Notes: generated by a model from the letters alone, not told the origin. Shown: positions 43,290 through 53,639, counted from the whole stretch's first letter. The stretch is 63,932 bases of DNA, filler included, from Barthelona sp. PAP020 (GCA_040182905.1; 3 parts of 3 records of this genome joined end to end with filler, not necessarily neighbours in it), one strand, 5' to 3'. A program made the numbers and translations.

Positions 43290-45482
43290 ATGCGATATTT
43301 TTGTTTAATTTTTATGTTCTTCATATGTTTGAAAGCAAAAGAAATAAAAATGGATAGAATTTCGGTTTCACATTGCAAATATATGGAATTTTCACCATTA
43401 TTTTCACCTTTTGAAACATTTATGGCAATTTATTCTCTTAATTTTACTTTTGGAGAAAAGGTGGAAAATTGTGAAACCAAGGTTGTCATGCATGACTTGC
43501 CTCCCCTTAATAAAAAGGGCATTTTTATTATTTCAAAAATCAATTCTGATTTTTTGAACGAGACTATTTTTGTGAATGAAAAATTGCGCAAGTTGTCAGA
43601 TTTAATTGTTCCAAATATTCTTTTGTTTGACGGAAATCATCTTGAAATCAGGTTTGATGGCAATAAATTCAGTTCTTTGAAATGGTTTGAAATTCATTTT
43701 AGTTCTTGCATTATGACTCCTGAAGATCAAAGTACAAATATTATTGGAAGTTGTTCCTTGATACCTGAAAATTTAAAAGCTAGAATTATCAGTGGAACAA
43801 TAACAACTGTAAAAGAACAATATCAGTCTGTTTCCATTCTTTTGAAACCCCTGAGAGTTAATATCTCTTCAATTAATTTTCAAGCAGTTTTATTAAACTC
43901 CAATGACAAAACTGATTATTCTGTTGATTTATTGCAAAAGTACAGAAGTAATAATAATTTGGATGATGTTTATTCAAGTTTTCGAATTATTGTTCCTCCA
44001 AAATCAAGATTATCTTTGGTTATTGTTAATCCCAAACAAGAATTCTTTTTGTTTGCGCTATCGTTTTTAGAAAGTTCAACAAATGTAGAATTACATAATA
44101 AAACAACAGAAATAGTGTCCAAAAACAAAAATATATTTTTTCCAAACAATTTAAAAATAGATACAGCTCATTGTATTCAATCAAATTTCTCCATTTCTTT
44201 CAACGGAAGTAATCATTTGATTAGAACATTAAATATTGTGATAATGAATTCATATCCTCAAAATGTTATTGCTACTTCTATTTTTTTTCAAAAGAGAAAT
44301 GTTGAAATACTATACAATCCAGTTTTCACTGCTTATGGCTCCAAACCTCGAATATTAATTGCCCATCCTGCAAATTTTAATTATTTTGTTTCTTGTATTT
44401 CTTCACAGCACAGATATGTTAAACCTCAATACTATGATGGTAAAAATATTCAGATTACATATTCAGATGATTTGTCAACTGTAGATGGATGGACTGTGTT
44501 TATCAATAATAGTGCAGTTGTTAATTTTGCAAATATATGTCAATCAAATGATGATTTTGTGTTTGTTCAAGCAATAACTGATGATCTTTCTGAAATTTAT
44601 GTTTTTGTTATTGAAACCCAACTTGTTTTTCCGTTTGATAACAATATTATCATTTTATCATGTGAACATCCAATGGTAAAAGTGTTTTTTTTTAAATTTG
44701 AAACACCAATTAGCTTATTGGTAAAAAATCTTACCAAAAATAGTCTTGTTTCGTACAAAAATTTTAATTGTTTTGCAGGAGTTCTTCAAAATAACGTTTG
44801 CTTTCGTTTAGGTTTGGTTTTGCCAAATTCTTTAAAAAATGGCAGTGTAGTACAATATTCAAGGCATGTTATTTTTGAGAGTGTTTATGACCAATTTCTT
44901 TTTGATGGTGACATTTATATTGAATTTCCTACCGCAGGGACATATTATTTTTCTTTGAAAGGAAATGATCAAGGTGTTATTGAAGTATTTGATGGAATGA
45001 CAACAGTGGTTCATGATTGTCAAAATAATAATGAAATCAAAGATTTCTATTTTGAACTTACAGAAATAAGAGAAATTAAACCATATTTATTCATTAATCA
45101 ATTCAAGAAAATTGAAATACTTGTTCAAAATATCACAAAACTTGCAAAAAATAAAAATGCTCAAATATTTGCACAAAAACAAGAAAACACCTTGAAACTT
45201 TCAATGTTCAACAATAAAACTGAACAACAGGTCAATTTAATACTGTACAATGCTGTTATTTCAGATCTGATCTGTGTATCTTTAAGTAATTGGACCAATA
45301 ATTTGTTTTTGAGAATTATCATCGTAATTATCATATTGGCAGGACTTTTGATTGCTTTTTTTTGTGTTCAAAAAAAGTCAGAAGAAAAAACACCACAAGA
45401 ATATACACTGTTGAAAATATACACTGACAGTGACGATGATTGCATACATATAAATGATTCAACAAATGGTTGGTTCAAATAG
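43290..45482 (+). CDS. Type I membrane protein of unknown function
   Basis: Signal peptide and C-terminal TM IIIVIIILAGLLIAFFCV. Confidence 0.78.
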   Translation: MRYFCLIFMFFICLKAKEIKMDRISVSHCKYMEFSPLFSPFETFMAIYSLNFTFGEKVENCETKVVMHDLPPLNKKGIFIISKINSDFLNETIFVNEKLRKLSDLIVPNILLFDGNHLEIRFDGNKFSSLKWFEIHFSSCIMTPEDQSTNIIGSCSLIPENLKARIISGTITTVKEQYQSVSILLKPLRVNISSINFQAVLLNSNDKTDYSVDLLQKYRSNNNLDDVYSSFRIIVPPKSRLSLVIVNPKQEFFLFALSFLESSTNVELHNKTTEIVSKNKNIFFPNNLKIDTAHCIQSNFSISFNGSNHLIRTLNIVIMNSYPQNVIATSIFFQKRNVEILYNPVFTAYGSKPRILIAHPANFNYFVSCISSQHRYVKPQYYDGKNIQITYSDDLSTVDGWTVFINNSAVVNFANICQSNDDFVFVQAITDDLSEIYVFVIETQLVFPFDNNIIILSCEHPMVKVFFFKFETPISLLVKNLTKNSLVSYKNFNCFAGVLQNNVCFRLGLVLPNSLKNGSVVQYSRHVIFESVYDQFLFDGDIYIEFPTAGTYYFSLKGNDQGVIEVFDGMTTVVHDCQNNNEIKDFYFELTEIREIKPYLFINQFKKIEILVQNITKLAKNKNAQIFAQKQENTLKLSMFNNKTEQQVNLILYNAVISDLICVSLSNWTNNLFLRIIIVIIILAGLLIAFFCVQKKSEEKTPQEYTLLKIYTDSDDDCIHINDSTNGWFK

Positions 45483-45505
45483 ATACTAAATATTTGAAAT
45501 TGATA

Positions 45506-46849
45506 TCAATGAATTCTTCTTAAAGATACAGCATCAACAGTTGAACAAATAAATGTGACTTGTAATTCTGAGAAACTCTTTCTCGTTGAATTATACTTAA
45601 AATATTTGTCAATTCTATGGGCAGTAAGGAACTGCGGTCCACTTCCATAAATTCTCATCATCCGGAATTTTTTCTTTTCATTGTCCCAAATGTAGGTGTA
45701 AATTCCTTTGAATTTTAAAATTTGAAAACCAGCCAACAAAATCAAAAAAGATTGATCCTTGTGCCTTTCCAAAACGTTAAGAACTGTTTCTCTTTCCAAT
45801 TTAGAAGGTTCACCAGCTAAACAAATGGTTTTTAAAGCATTGGAAATATTTTGAATGTTGCTCTGCCTTTTAAACATCCTTTCTAATTCCTTTTGATTGT
45901 AATAGGCTAATTTTTCGTTTTCAGTTGCATCAATATCAGGTTTTGGTACACTAGGAGATGAAGCTGTTGATTCATTGGTTGGATTATCAGATGAAAAAGT
46001 AGATGGTGGGGGAGGTGCACTTCTTCTTTTAAATCGTTCAGGAATCTCCCCAATTTGTTCTTTTTTCATTGACATTTCAATATCGAATGCAACACCATTA
46101 TGACGAATCTCTTTGTCTTTATTTGGACTATTTTCAACAATCTCCTCTTCCTTCAATGTATAATCAAAATTTTTGGAAGACAATGTGGCAGACATAACCT
46201 GAGATTGTGAAATTGTAGATTCCTCTGCAATGAAATCTTTGTTATCAACACTGCTTCCGACATCAGAGAAAGAAATTGAACTTTCCCCATTTTTTTGATT
46301 ACTTTGGCTTGAAGTTAAAAAACTTAAATATTCATTTTTTATTTCTCGTAATTCTAAAACTTCATTCAGAAGGTTTTCATTTTCTGTTTCCAATTCAATA
46401 ATTCGAGTGTTTCTTTGATTTAAAATTTCAATCAAACGGTTATTTTCTTCCATAAGTTCTATCTTTTCACTATCAAAATCATAAGATTCAGTTGATTCAC
46501 AATTATCATCAATTTGATCCAATTCTATGTCAGCATCCGTCTCAAATTTCAAAATATTATCATTTAATATTTCGACATTACTAATAGAATCATTAATTCC
46601 ACTTTTTTTCTTTTTAATATTGGATAAAGCTTCAAAAGAAAAAGATGGCCGACTAGTCATTAATTCATTTTCAACAATATTAGGCATTGTTGTATCAATT
46701 GATATTGCATCTTTCAAAAGATTGTCAAAAAAGGCCACTGAAGAAGTTACAGAAATGTTTGTTTCGTTTGGAGTTTCTCTTTTCAACAATATATCTTCTG
46801 ATAAAAGAAAATCTTCAATTTCATTCAAATCAATACTTTGATCATTCAT
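45506..46849 (-). CDS. CKK-domain (CAMSAP/Patronin-type) microtubule minus-end protein
   Basis: SNIQNISNALKTICLAG...FLILL...FKGIY...GSGP...YFKYNSTRKSF...TVDAV plus coiled coil. Confidence 0.9.
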   Translation of the reverse strand: MNDQSIDLNEIEDFLLSEDILLKRETPNETNISVTSSVAFFDNLLKDAISIDTTMPNIVENELMTSRPSFSFEALSNIKKKKSGINDSISNVEILNDNILKFETDADIELDQIDDNCESTESYDFDSEKIELMEENNRLIEILNQRNTRIIELETENENLLNEVLELREIKNEYLSFLTSSQSNQKNGESSISFSDVGSSVDNKDFIAEESTISQSQVMSATLSSKNFDYTLKEEEIVENSPNKDKEIRHNGVAFDIEMSMKKEQIGEIPERFKRRSAPPPPSTFSSDNPTNESTASSPSVPKPDIDATENEKLAYYNQKELERMFKRQSNIQNISNALKTICLAGEPSKLERETVLNVLERHKDQSFLILLAGFQILKFKGIYTYIWDNEKKKFRMMRIYGSGPQFLTAHRIDKYFKYNSTRKSFSELQVTFICSTVDAVSLRRIH

Positions 46850-46944
46850 TCTTTCTTTGAAAAAAAATATTGAGAAAGATTTTTTCTTTTCGTTGTTTTT
46901 GCCAATTTCTATGCGATTCTGATCATTGATATTGCAGCATTAAA

Positions 46945-48306
46945 ATGACTTCAGATTATTCGATTTATCAAACATTTACCGCTCCTTTAAATCAACTTTT
47001 TAAACACATTTCTAGACTTGATTTTTCGAATTTAACTTTATATTCTAAAATAACAAACAATATATTTGAATCTTTAATGATTCAAATTGAAAGATTTCCA
47101 ATGGGAATATCAACATATTGTCTTCGTAGTTCTGCTCTTTTGGAACATCAAAAAAATAATCTTGAAGAGTTGAAATTACGATATTATCGATTAGAATCGT
47201 CTAATTCTTTAAAAATTCCCTTGAAAACAATTGAAAACAAATATATTATACCTTCAAATGAGCTTTTACAATTTATCAATGCTTGTAACAGTGAATTCAT
47301 TCAACAAATTCAAGGGATTGTTGTAACTTCAAATGTTTCTTATGACGTATACATACAATCGTTGGGTGCAGAAATTGTTATTGTTGAAAACAATCCAAGG
47401 CAATTTGATTGGTTCACCATTGTTGATATTGTTGTTGACGTTTCTGATGATGGTTTTGAAAGGCTTTTATTGATTTTTGATGATCAAAGCAGTTTAATTG
47501 TGAGATTAGAACTCATTGATTTTCTAAAAGTTGGAATGAAAATTCATTTGGCATTCAGCAAAATTCTTTGTTTATCAAACACTGCTTCTAATACTTCTTA
47601 TAATCAAAATTTAGTCAATTGGAAGATCAGTGATATTGAAGCCATTGACAAGCATGTTTTTTCTGTTGGTTTATTTGGAATTCTTCAAAAATTTGAAAGA
47701 AAACATTCCTATTTGGCATTGCATATTAGTTCAGCAAAAAATTCTGATATTTGCAAAATTGTTTACACATCAAAGTTATTTCAACCAATTATTGGACCTA
47801 TTTTTCTCACTATTGTACAAAAAACTAAATTAGGCTTTTTTGTTAATAGTAAAGGAGGTATTCATTGTTTGTCCACGTTATCATGTTTAATTTCACCTTC
47901 GTGGTTTTATCTTATGGATGTTCCCACTGATTGGTCAATAGGTCAAGCAATTTCAACTGAGGGAAAATTTTTGAGTTGTCGAAGAAAAAATTCAGATTTT
48001 TGTTTTGTTCATGCTCAGTGTTTTCAAATTATTCCTGCCAATTATTGTTTTTTTTGTCAATCATTGGTTGAACCAAATGATAGAATTCCTTATTTACCCA
48101 TGTTAATGCATTTTAAGCCGTTGAATAGCGAAAATATTATTGAAGTGTATGCTACTTTTACCTGTATGGATTTATTTGGAGCTCATATGGGGTCATTTAA
48201 TGTTAAATCTCCTATTTTGCCTGAAGGAGATTGGCGAGTTATTTTTACCAAGGTTTCTTCTGGTGACATTTTGATCACTGGCGCGAAAAAATTAAATAAA
48301 AGTTAA
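46945..48306 (+). CDS. Hypothetical protein, possibly multi-OB-fold with C-terminal HxxC...CxxC zinc site
   Basis: 453-aa ORF; VHAQC..YCFFC; the fold call is tentative. Confidence 0.6.
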   Translation: MTSDYSIYQTFTAPLNQLFKHISRLDFSNLTLYSKITNNIFESLMIQIERFPMGISTYCLRSSALLEHQKNNLEELKLRYYRLESSNSLKIPLKTIENKYIIPSNELLQFINACNSEFIQQIQGIVVTSNVSYDVYIQSLGAEIVIVENNPRQFDWFTIVDIVVDVSDDGFERLLLIFDDQSSLIVRLELIDFLKVGMKIHLAFSKILCLSNTASNTSYNQNLVNWKISDIEAIDKHVFSVGLFGILQKFERKHSYLALHISSAKNSDICKIVYTSKLFQPIIGPIFLTIVQKTKLGFFVNSKGGIHCLSTLSCLISPSWFYLMDVPTDWSIGQAISTEGKFLSCRRKNSDFCFVHAQCFQIIPANYCFFCQSLVEPNDRIPYLPMLMHFKPLNSENIIEVYATFTCMDLFGAHMGSFNVKSPILPEGDWRVIFTKVSSGDILITGAKKLNKS

Positions 48307-48612
48307 GAGTTTGTCCACCCACTGTTCATTTTTCTATCATCATAACAGTGTGTGTTTTTTTTTGTTTGCTTCAGAAAATATTTGTTCAAATGTGAAAATT
48401 ATCTTTGAGTTTTGAGGAATTTTTAATATTTATCAAAAAATTTTCTTTTTGAAGAGGTTTCGGCTCTTTTGTAAAAAAAAAAATAGAATTTTCATTTATA
48501 TTTTTTCATTTATAGACTTTGTTTCTATGAGTTTAGGGGGTTTAATGGGGTGGGCGATTTTGTCTTGAGTGCAATTGATGTCGAAGGGGAGCCTTCTTAA
48601 AAAAAAAAAAAA

Positions 48613-48675
48613 TGAGGGTTGTTCACAAGCCTATTATTTTTGGCGAATCGAAATTTTCCGATTCTTCCTTTTTCC
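48613..48675 (-). repeat. Element C copy 2 (truncated by contig end)
   Basis: Identical to 42690-42752, also preceded by an A-run. Confidence 0.95.
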
Positions 48676-48775
48676 NNNNNNNNNNNNNNNNNNNNNNNNN
48701 NNNNNNNNNNNNNNNNNNNTTAATTAATTAANNNNNNNNNNNNNNNNNNNNNNNNNNNNNNNNNNNNNNNNNNNN
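48676..48775. other. Artificial contig spacer
   Basis: 44 N + TTAATTAATTAA + 44 N. Confidence 0.98.
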
Positions 48776-48776
48776 A

Positions 48777-48878
48777 TTTGGTGCTCCTGCTCGTTCTGAA
48801 CGTGTTGCCAAGTTCAACCAACTCCTCAGAATTGAAGAAGAACTTGAAGAACCCGTTTACGGTTTCCCTAAGTGGTAA
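48777..48878 (+). CDS. ENO: Enolase, 3' end only (5' part off contig)
   Basis: Translates [33 protein letters not shown], the enolase C-terminal signature. Confidence 0.93.
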   Translation, partial: FGAPARSERVAKFNQLLRIEEELEEPVYGFPKW

Positions 48879-49332
48879 ATTTCGTTTTCTAGCTAAATAA
48901 AAGAACAAATATGTGTTTATTATTTTAATAACTGTTTATTTTGATTAGAATTTGGTTATTTTCATTGATTTTTTAATTATAAAATTTTAAATTTCAATTT
49001 TTTTTTGTCAAAAGCCAAATCAAAAAGACAAAATGAAATTGTAAATAAATAATGCAGATAAAAAAAACATTTTTTTTGTCTATGTTTTTAACATTGAGGT
49101 TTGGCCCGGAAAAAACAAAAAACCAAAAAAGAGAAAAAAGCTGGGAATTCAATGAATTTTTCTTTTGTTAGAAAAAACCAATATGGTGTTGATCTATCAA
49201 TTGAAATCAAAGGGAGAAGTTCAACACGAAAGAAGAAGAGGAACTAATAAACATGTTACTTCTTATGATTTGACTTTGCATGTAAAAGTGGCTCAAACAA
49301 GACAATTCCAAAGTCCTTAAATCAATCAAATT

Positions 49333-49569
49333 ATGACACCAAATCAAAATCAACAAATCTTTTCAGCAGCTGCTAATCAACCTGCTGCAAATCATCCCAA
49401 AAATAATCAGAGTTTTGATCCAAATGTTAATGTTTCAATGAATGACCCTGTCTCTTATGATTACCAACCTCAATATCAACAACAACAACAAATTCAAAAT
49501 GACTTTGGATATTTGTCTTCACAAAATGTTGTGTTTGGTCCATTTTCCAATTCCGAATCATTTTATTAA
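49333..49569 (+). CDS. Short Q/N-rich ORF, possibly last exon of an unresolved gene
   Basis: 78-aa ORF with protein-like low-complexity composition. Confidence 0.35.
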   Translation: MTPNQNQQIFSAAANQPAANHPKNNQSFDPNVNVSMNDPVSYDYQPQYQQQQQIQNDFGYLSSQNVVFGPFSNSESFY

Positions 49570-49937
49570 CTTTAAGTAAATTAATTTGGTGTTGCGTTGT
49601 TCAGAAGTCAAACTCATTTTGTAGTCAATATTTTGTGAAAATATAAATAATATCTTTTTTTTCTTTCGACCCAAAGAAAATGTAAAAATGTAAACTAATG
49701 GAGATTTAAAAAGTTTTACAATTGAAAAAGGAAAGAAATGACAAGGATAAAAAAATTTGTGATATTTCACCAAAATAGAAAAAAATTCATTAAAACACTT
49801 ACCATATGATTTTTAAAGTGCGAGTTGTGCAAAATGATCAAAGATAGAAAGAAATCAAAAAAAAAAAAATGAAAAAAAGAAAAAAATTTCGAAAAATTCC
49901 TTTCAGTTTTCATCACTTTTTTTATTATAGATTAAGA

Positions 49938-50266
49938 ATGGGTACGTTATTTTTGATTATATCTTTTTTCACATGAAATATTTTTGATGATATATTTCAT
50001 TTTTCCTGTTCATTTATTGAATTTTTTCTAACATTTTAGGAAGAGCCCACGGTTCACTCGCTCATGTCGGTCAAGTCCGTAAAAATACACCTAACGATCC
50101 TAAGAGAGAAACTATTCGTCCTGATCCTCGTGGACGTGCTAGAATGAGATTCCTTTATAATCGTCGTTTCAAAAACCCCATGAAAGTTAATGGTCGTGCT
50201 CTCACTATGAACTCTCGTGTTTATCAATTACACCTTGAAGCCATGCGTGCTCGTTTTGAAAAATAA
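49938..50266 (+). CDS. RPS30: 40S ribosomal protein eS30, two exons (49938-49941, 50040-50266)
   Basis: Spliced product MGRAHGSLAHVGQVRKNTP...RGRARMRFLYNRRF, 76 aa. Confidence 0.92.
49942..50039 (+). other. 98-nt spliceosomal intron
   Basis: GTACGT...TTCTAACATTTTAG; removal joins ATG G to the eS30 frame. Confidence 0.9.
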
Positions 50267-50435
50267 TTTCACAAATTTTATACCTTTCATTATTCTCCAT
50301 GAGTAAACGATATTCTTTCCATTTTTTTTATATTGATTGTATTTTTTGAAGAATAAAATGTTTTAATTTGTCTCTACAGCAAAACCTCAATTGTCATTAA
50401 GTGTTTTCTTCCAAAAAATTTTTTATTGTAATTAT

Positions 50436-51640
50436 ATGGACAGAGAAGAAGCTCTAAGAAAAGCTAGAGAAGCGTTTATGAAAAACACAACGCTACGTGA
50501 ACAGCATATCAAACGTATCAAAAAAATAACATTCTAAATAAGCTAATATTTATAGTTAAAGAGAAATTTGAGAAAGTAGAAAAGGATTTTAACCGTTCTG
50601 AGGAAGCTTTAGAAGTTGTTCAATTGTTTGGTCGTGTTGTTGGAGAAGTTTTGAAAAAATTGGATGATGATACATATATTGTGCGAGGAAATAGTGGTGG
50701 TAGACATATTGTTGCTGCAAGAGAAAAAATTCCGAAAGACAAATTACAACCTGGCAGACGTGTTGCATTGGATATGGCAACTTTGACGATCATGAGGTTA
50801 TTGCCACAATATGTTGACCCTACTGTTCATGCTATGGTTACTGAAGAACCTGGTTCTATTGGTTTCTCAGATATTGGGGGACTTTCTGATCAATTAAGAG
50901 AACTCAGAGAAGTTGTTGAATTACCTTTAACACACCCTGAATTATTTGAAAGAACTGGAATTGAACCTCCAAAAGGTGTTTTATTGTATGGTCCTCCTGG
51001 AACTGGTAAAACATTGATGGCGAGAGCTATTGCTGCCAACACAGATGCAGCATTTGTGAAAGTTGTTGCTAGTTCCATTGTTCAGAAATATATTGGTGAA
51101 TCTAGTAGAATTGTCAGAGAAATGTTTAATTATGCCAGGTCACATCAACCTTGTATTATTTTTATTGATGAAATTGATGCTATTGGTATGAAACGTTCTG
51201 AAAATGATGGAAATACTCATCATACAGTTCAAAGAACACTTTTAGAACTTCTTGCTCAAATGGATGGATTTGATCCTTTAGGTAGGGTTAAAGTTGTTAT
51301 GGCCACAAACAGACCCGATATTCTTGATCCTGCTTTATTGAGGCCAGGTAGACTTGATAGAAAGATTGAAGTTGGACTTCCAGATGAACCAGGACGCATG
51401 CAAATTTTAAAAATTCATGCCAGCAAAGTAAGAACAATGGGAGATATTGATTATGAAGCTTTGGTTAAAATGTCATTTGATTTTAATGGTGCTGATCTTC
51501 GTAATGTTTGCACAGAAGCTGGAATGTTTGCAATCCGAAATGAGCGAGATTATGTAATCAATGAAGATTTTATGAGGGCAGTTAGAAAGCTTAGAGATAC
51601 CAAAAAGTTGGAATCAAAACTTGATTATTCAAAAGTCTAA
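50436..51640 (+). CDS. RPT4: 26S proteasome ATPase Rpt4, two exons (50436-50514, 50556-51640)
   Basis: [43 protein letters not shown]; 41-nt intron removal adds the MDREEALRK coiled coil. Confidence 0.93.
50515..50555 (+). other. 41-nt spliceosomal intron
   Basis: GTATCA...GCTAATATTTATAG; removal restores frame. Confidence 0.88.
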
Positions 51641-51750
51641 AAACATCAATAAATTTGTGTTATATTTCTTTTTTTAAGTGGCAAAATGTGAGACAAAACA
51701 CCAACAAAAAAAAGGAAAAAAATGGAAATATTTATTTACATTCTCACTTC

Positions 51751-52782
51751 TCATTCTTTGTTAAAGAAATAAAAAATATGATAAACAACTGATGCGATGA
51801 AATATACAATGGATCCTGCAAATGAATCCCGGACACTGTCTACCCTCCAATTCAAACGCATGTTGAAAATATCAACATCTCGATCATTTGGGAAATATAC
51901 TGAAAATAATGATAACGTCACGAGATAAATTAAAGTGAAGAAAGAGAATTTAGCACTGGAAAAATGTAATCCAACAACTCTAAATGCCCGAACAAAACAA
52001 AATATCATGAATAATATGGTGGTGACAAATAGTAACCACAAATAAAACCTAAGAGCAAAAGCAACAAAAACAATACACGAACAAATCCATAAATGTTTGA
52101 ATCGAATTGATAATGGTTCATCATCCATGTCTTCCGCCAATTCACCAAATTCTTGGAACCTATTGTTTTCACTGTCAATACTTACTAATATACTCTTAAC
52201 AAAGGAAAAAATTGAAAAACCACAGAGGCCAGTGAAGAGAAACAAAAAATTAAACGGGGAATATTTAAAATATTCAGAAGAAAGCATAACGTCCAATTTT
52301 CTTGTTTCTTCTGAGAAACCTTTTTCGGCAAAATATGTGCTCATGCAACATAAAGAACCAATGATTATGAAAACATTCAAAACTACCATTTTATCACTCT
52401 TTGGAGTTTGATCAAGTAATCTGACAACTAAAATAACAATAAAAACTATGAAAACTGAAAAAATTGGAACAAACAAATCAAAAATTGATGCAACTGATAC
52501 AATAGAACCAATAATTAAAATTAAATTAAATAAAACAGTTACAAATGTTTCGCCAAAAATAGAACACAGATAACTACTTAGACAAAAAGGCCATAAATTG
52601 GAACTTAATCTTCCTTTACATACTGGACATTTTGCAGTTTCCTGAGTTGCATTGCTCTCTTTTAATAAGACATGTATGCAAGTTTCATGATATAATGCAC
52701 TACAACGACAATATGAATAAAGAGGGTCATCCGGGGTTTCTTCACCAAAACAAATCGTACATTTTCTAACATTTTCCCCCAT
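51751..52782 (-). CDS. RING-CH (MARCH-type) multi-pass membrane E3 ligase
   Basis: CTIC..YCRC..YHETC..CPVC (C4HC3) followed by about 8 TM segments. Confidence 0.82.
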   Translation of the reverse strand: MGENVRKCTICFGEETPDDPLYSYCRCSALYHETCIHVLLKESNATQETAKCPVCKGRLSSNLWPFCLSSYLCSIFGETFVTVLFNLILIIGSIVSVASIFDLFVPIFSVFIVFIVILVVRLLDQTPKSDKMVVLNVFIIIGSLCCMSTYFAEKGFSEETRKLDVMLSSEYFKYSPFNFLFLFTGLCGFSIFSFVKSILVSIDSENNRFQEFGELAEDMDDEPLSIRFKHLWICSCIVFVAFALRFYLWLLFVTTILFMIFCFVRAFRVVGLHFSSAKFSFFTLIYLVTLSLFSVYFPNDRDVDIFNMRLNWRVDSVRDSFAGSIVYFIASVVYHIFYFFNKE

Positions 52783-52872
52783 AGTTTTAAAAATATAAGA
52801 TTTAATAGAAAAAAAAAAAGAAAAATCTGTTTTATGGACTAAAAAAATATTTCATTTTCCAAAAATGTTATT

Positions 52873-52930
52873 AAAATCTCAAGATTGTTGTCACCTCTTA
52901 CAGCTAACCAATATCTTTCACAGATATTTT
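52873..52930 (-). promoter_or_regulatory. SECIS-like hairpin candidate
   Basis: AAAAU..GUGA-AAGAU...AUCUU-GA-GAUUUU: GUGA/GA core, ~13-bp interrupted upper stem, AA-containing loop; apical AA position non-canonical. Confidence 0.4.
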
Positions 52931-52956
52931 TGAAAAATGAAAAATTCAAAAATAAA

Positions 52957-53166
52957 TCAGTTAAAATCACCAAGAAACAACGATACTTTTTCGTTTTTAT
53001 CTTGTTCTGATTTAGTTTTTAAAAGTTCAGGGACTTTTGGTTCTTTTCCTCCCAAAACTTGGCAATTTCCACCAGATCTGATTTCATCTGGTACATTCAA
53101 TCCTTTGTTTTTTAATTCTTGGACTTTACTTGGTGTCCAAAAACCAAATGGAGATCAGGATCCCAT
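52957..53166 (-). CDS. Candidate 69-aa selenoprotein (in-frame TGA at codon 4)
   Basis: ATG GGA TCC TGA TCT... then 65 sense codons: MGS(U)SPFGFWTPSKVQELKNKGLNVPDEIRSGGNCQVLGGKEPKVPELLKTKSEQDKNEKVSLFLGDFN*. Confidence 0.5.
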
Positions 53167-53249
53167 TGATAAATCGATATACAATAAAATGAATGAAAAG
53201 AAATTTTCTTTTCTTTTCTTTTTCCAATTGTTTTCAGAAAAAAATTATT

Positions 53250-53639
53250 ATGATTAAAGATCAGTTCGTTACTTCGATTCATAACATTCCTAAAGAGGAT
53301 GTTAATACTACATTTTCCGATGGAACGAGCACTCGAGGTGTACAAATTCAATGGTTGACTAAAAATGACACTCTTCCTGATTGCAGTGAAATGCAGATGC
53401 GAAAATTTACCCTTAAACCTGGTAAAGATGGTTCAGAAGGGTATATTCCTTTACACACTCATCCTTATGAACATCATGTTTATGTTTTGCAAGGAAATGC
53501 TGTTGCATTGACTGAAGATGGTGAAATTCCTATTACTGTTGGTTCTGTAATCTTTACTGTTGGTACCAAACCTCATGGTTTTAGAAATACCTCAGAAACT
53601 GAAGATTTTGTTTTTATTTGTATGATTCCAAGATCATAA
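53250..53639 (+). CDS. Cupin-domain protein (prokaryote-like single domain)
   Basis: MRKFTLKPG..IPLHTHPYEHHVYVLQG...PHGFRN...FICMIP metal-binding motifs. Confidence 0.9.
   Translation: MIKDQFVTSIHNIPKEDVNTTFSDGTSTRGVQIQWLTKNDTLPDCSEMQMRKFTLKPGKDGSEGYIPLHTHPYEHHVYVLQGNAVALTEDGEIPITVGSVIFTVGTKPHGFRNTSETEDFVFICMIPRS

Noticed and set aside
13755..46849. Microtubule-severing gene cluster (KATNA1, KATNAL2, CKK)
   Set aside because: KATNA1 is on a different contig and the other two are 8 kb apart among unrelated genes
52937..53257. 106-aa plus-strand ORF
   Set aside because: Runs through poly-T promoter sequence and overlaps the cupin start; better explained as the shadow of the minus-strand ORF, though not excluded
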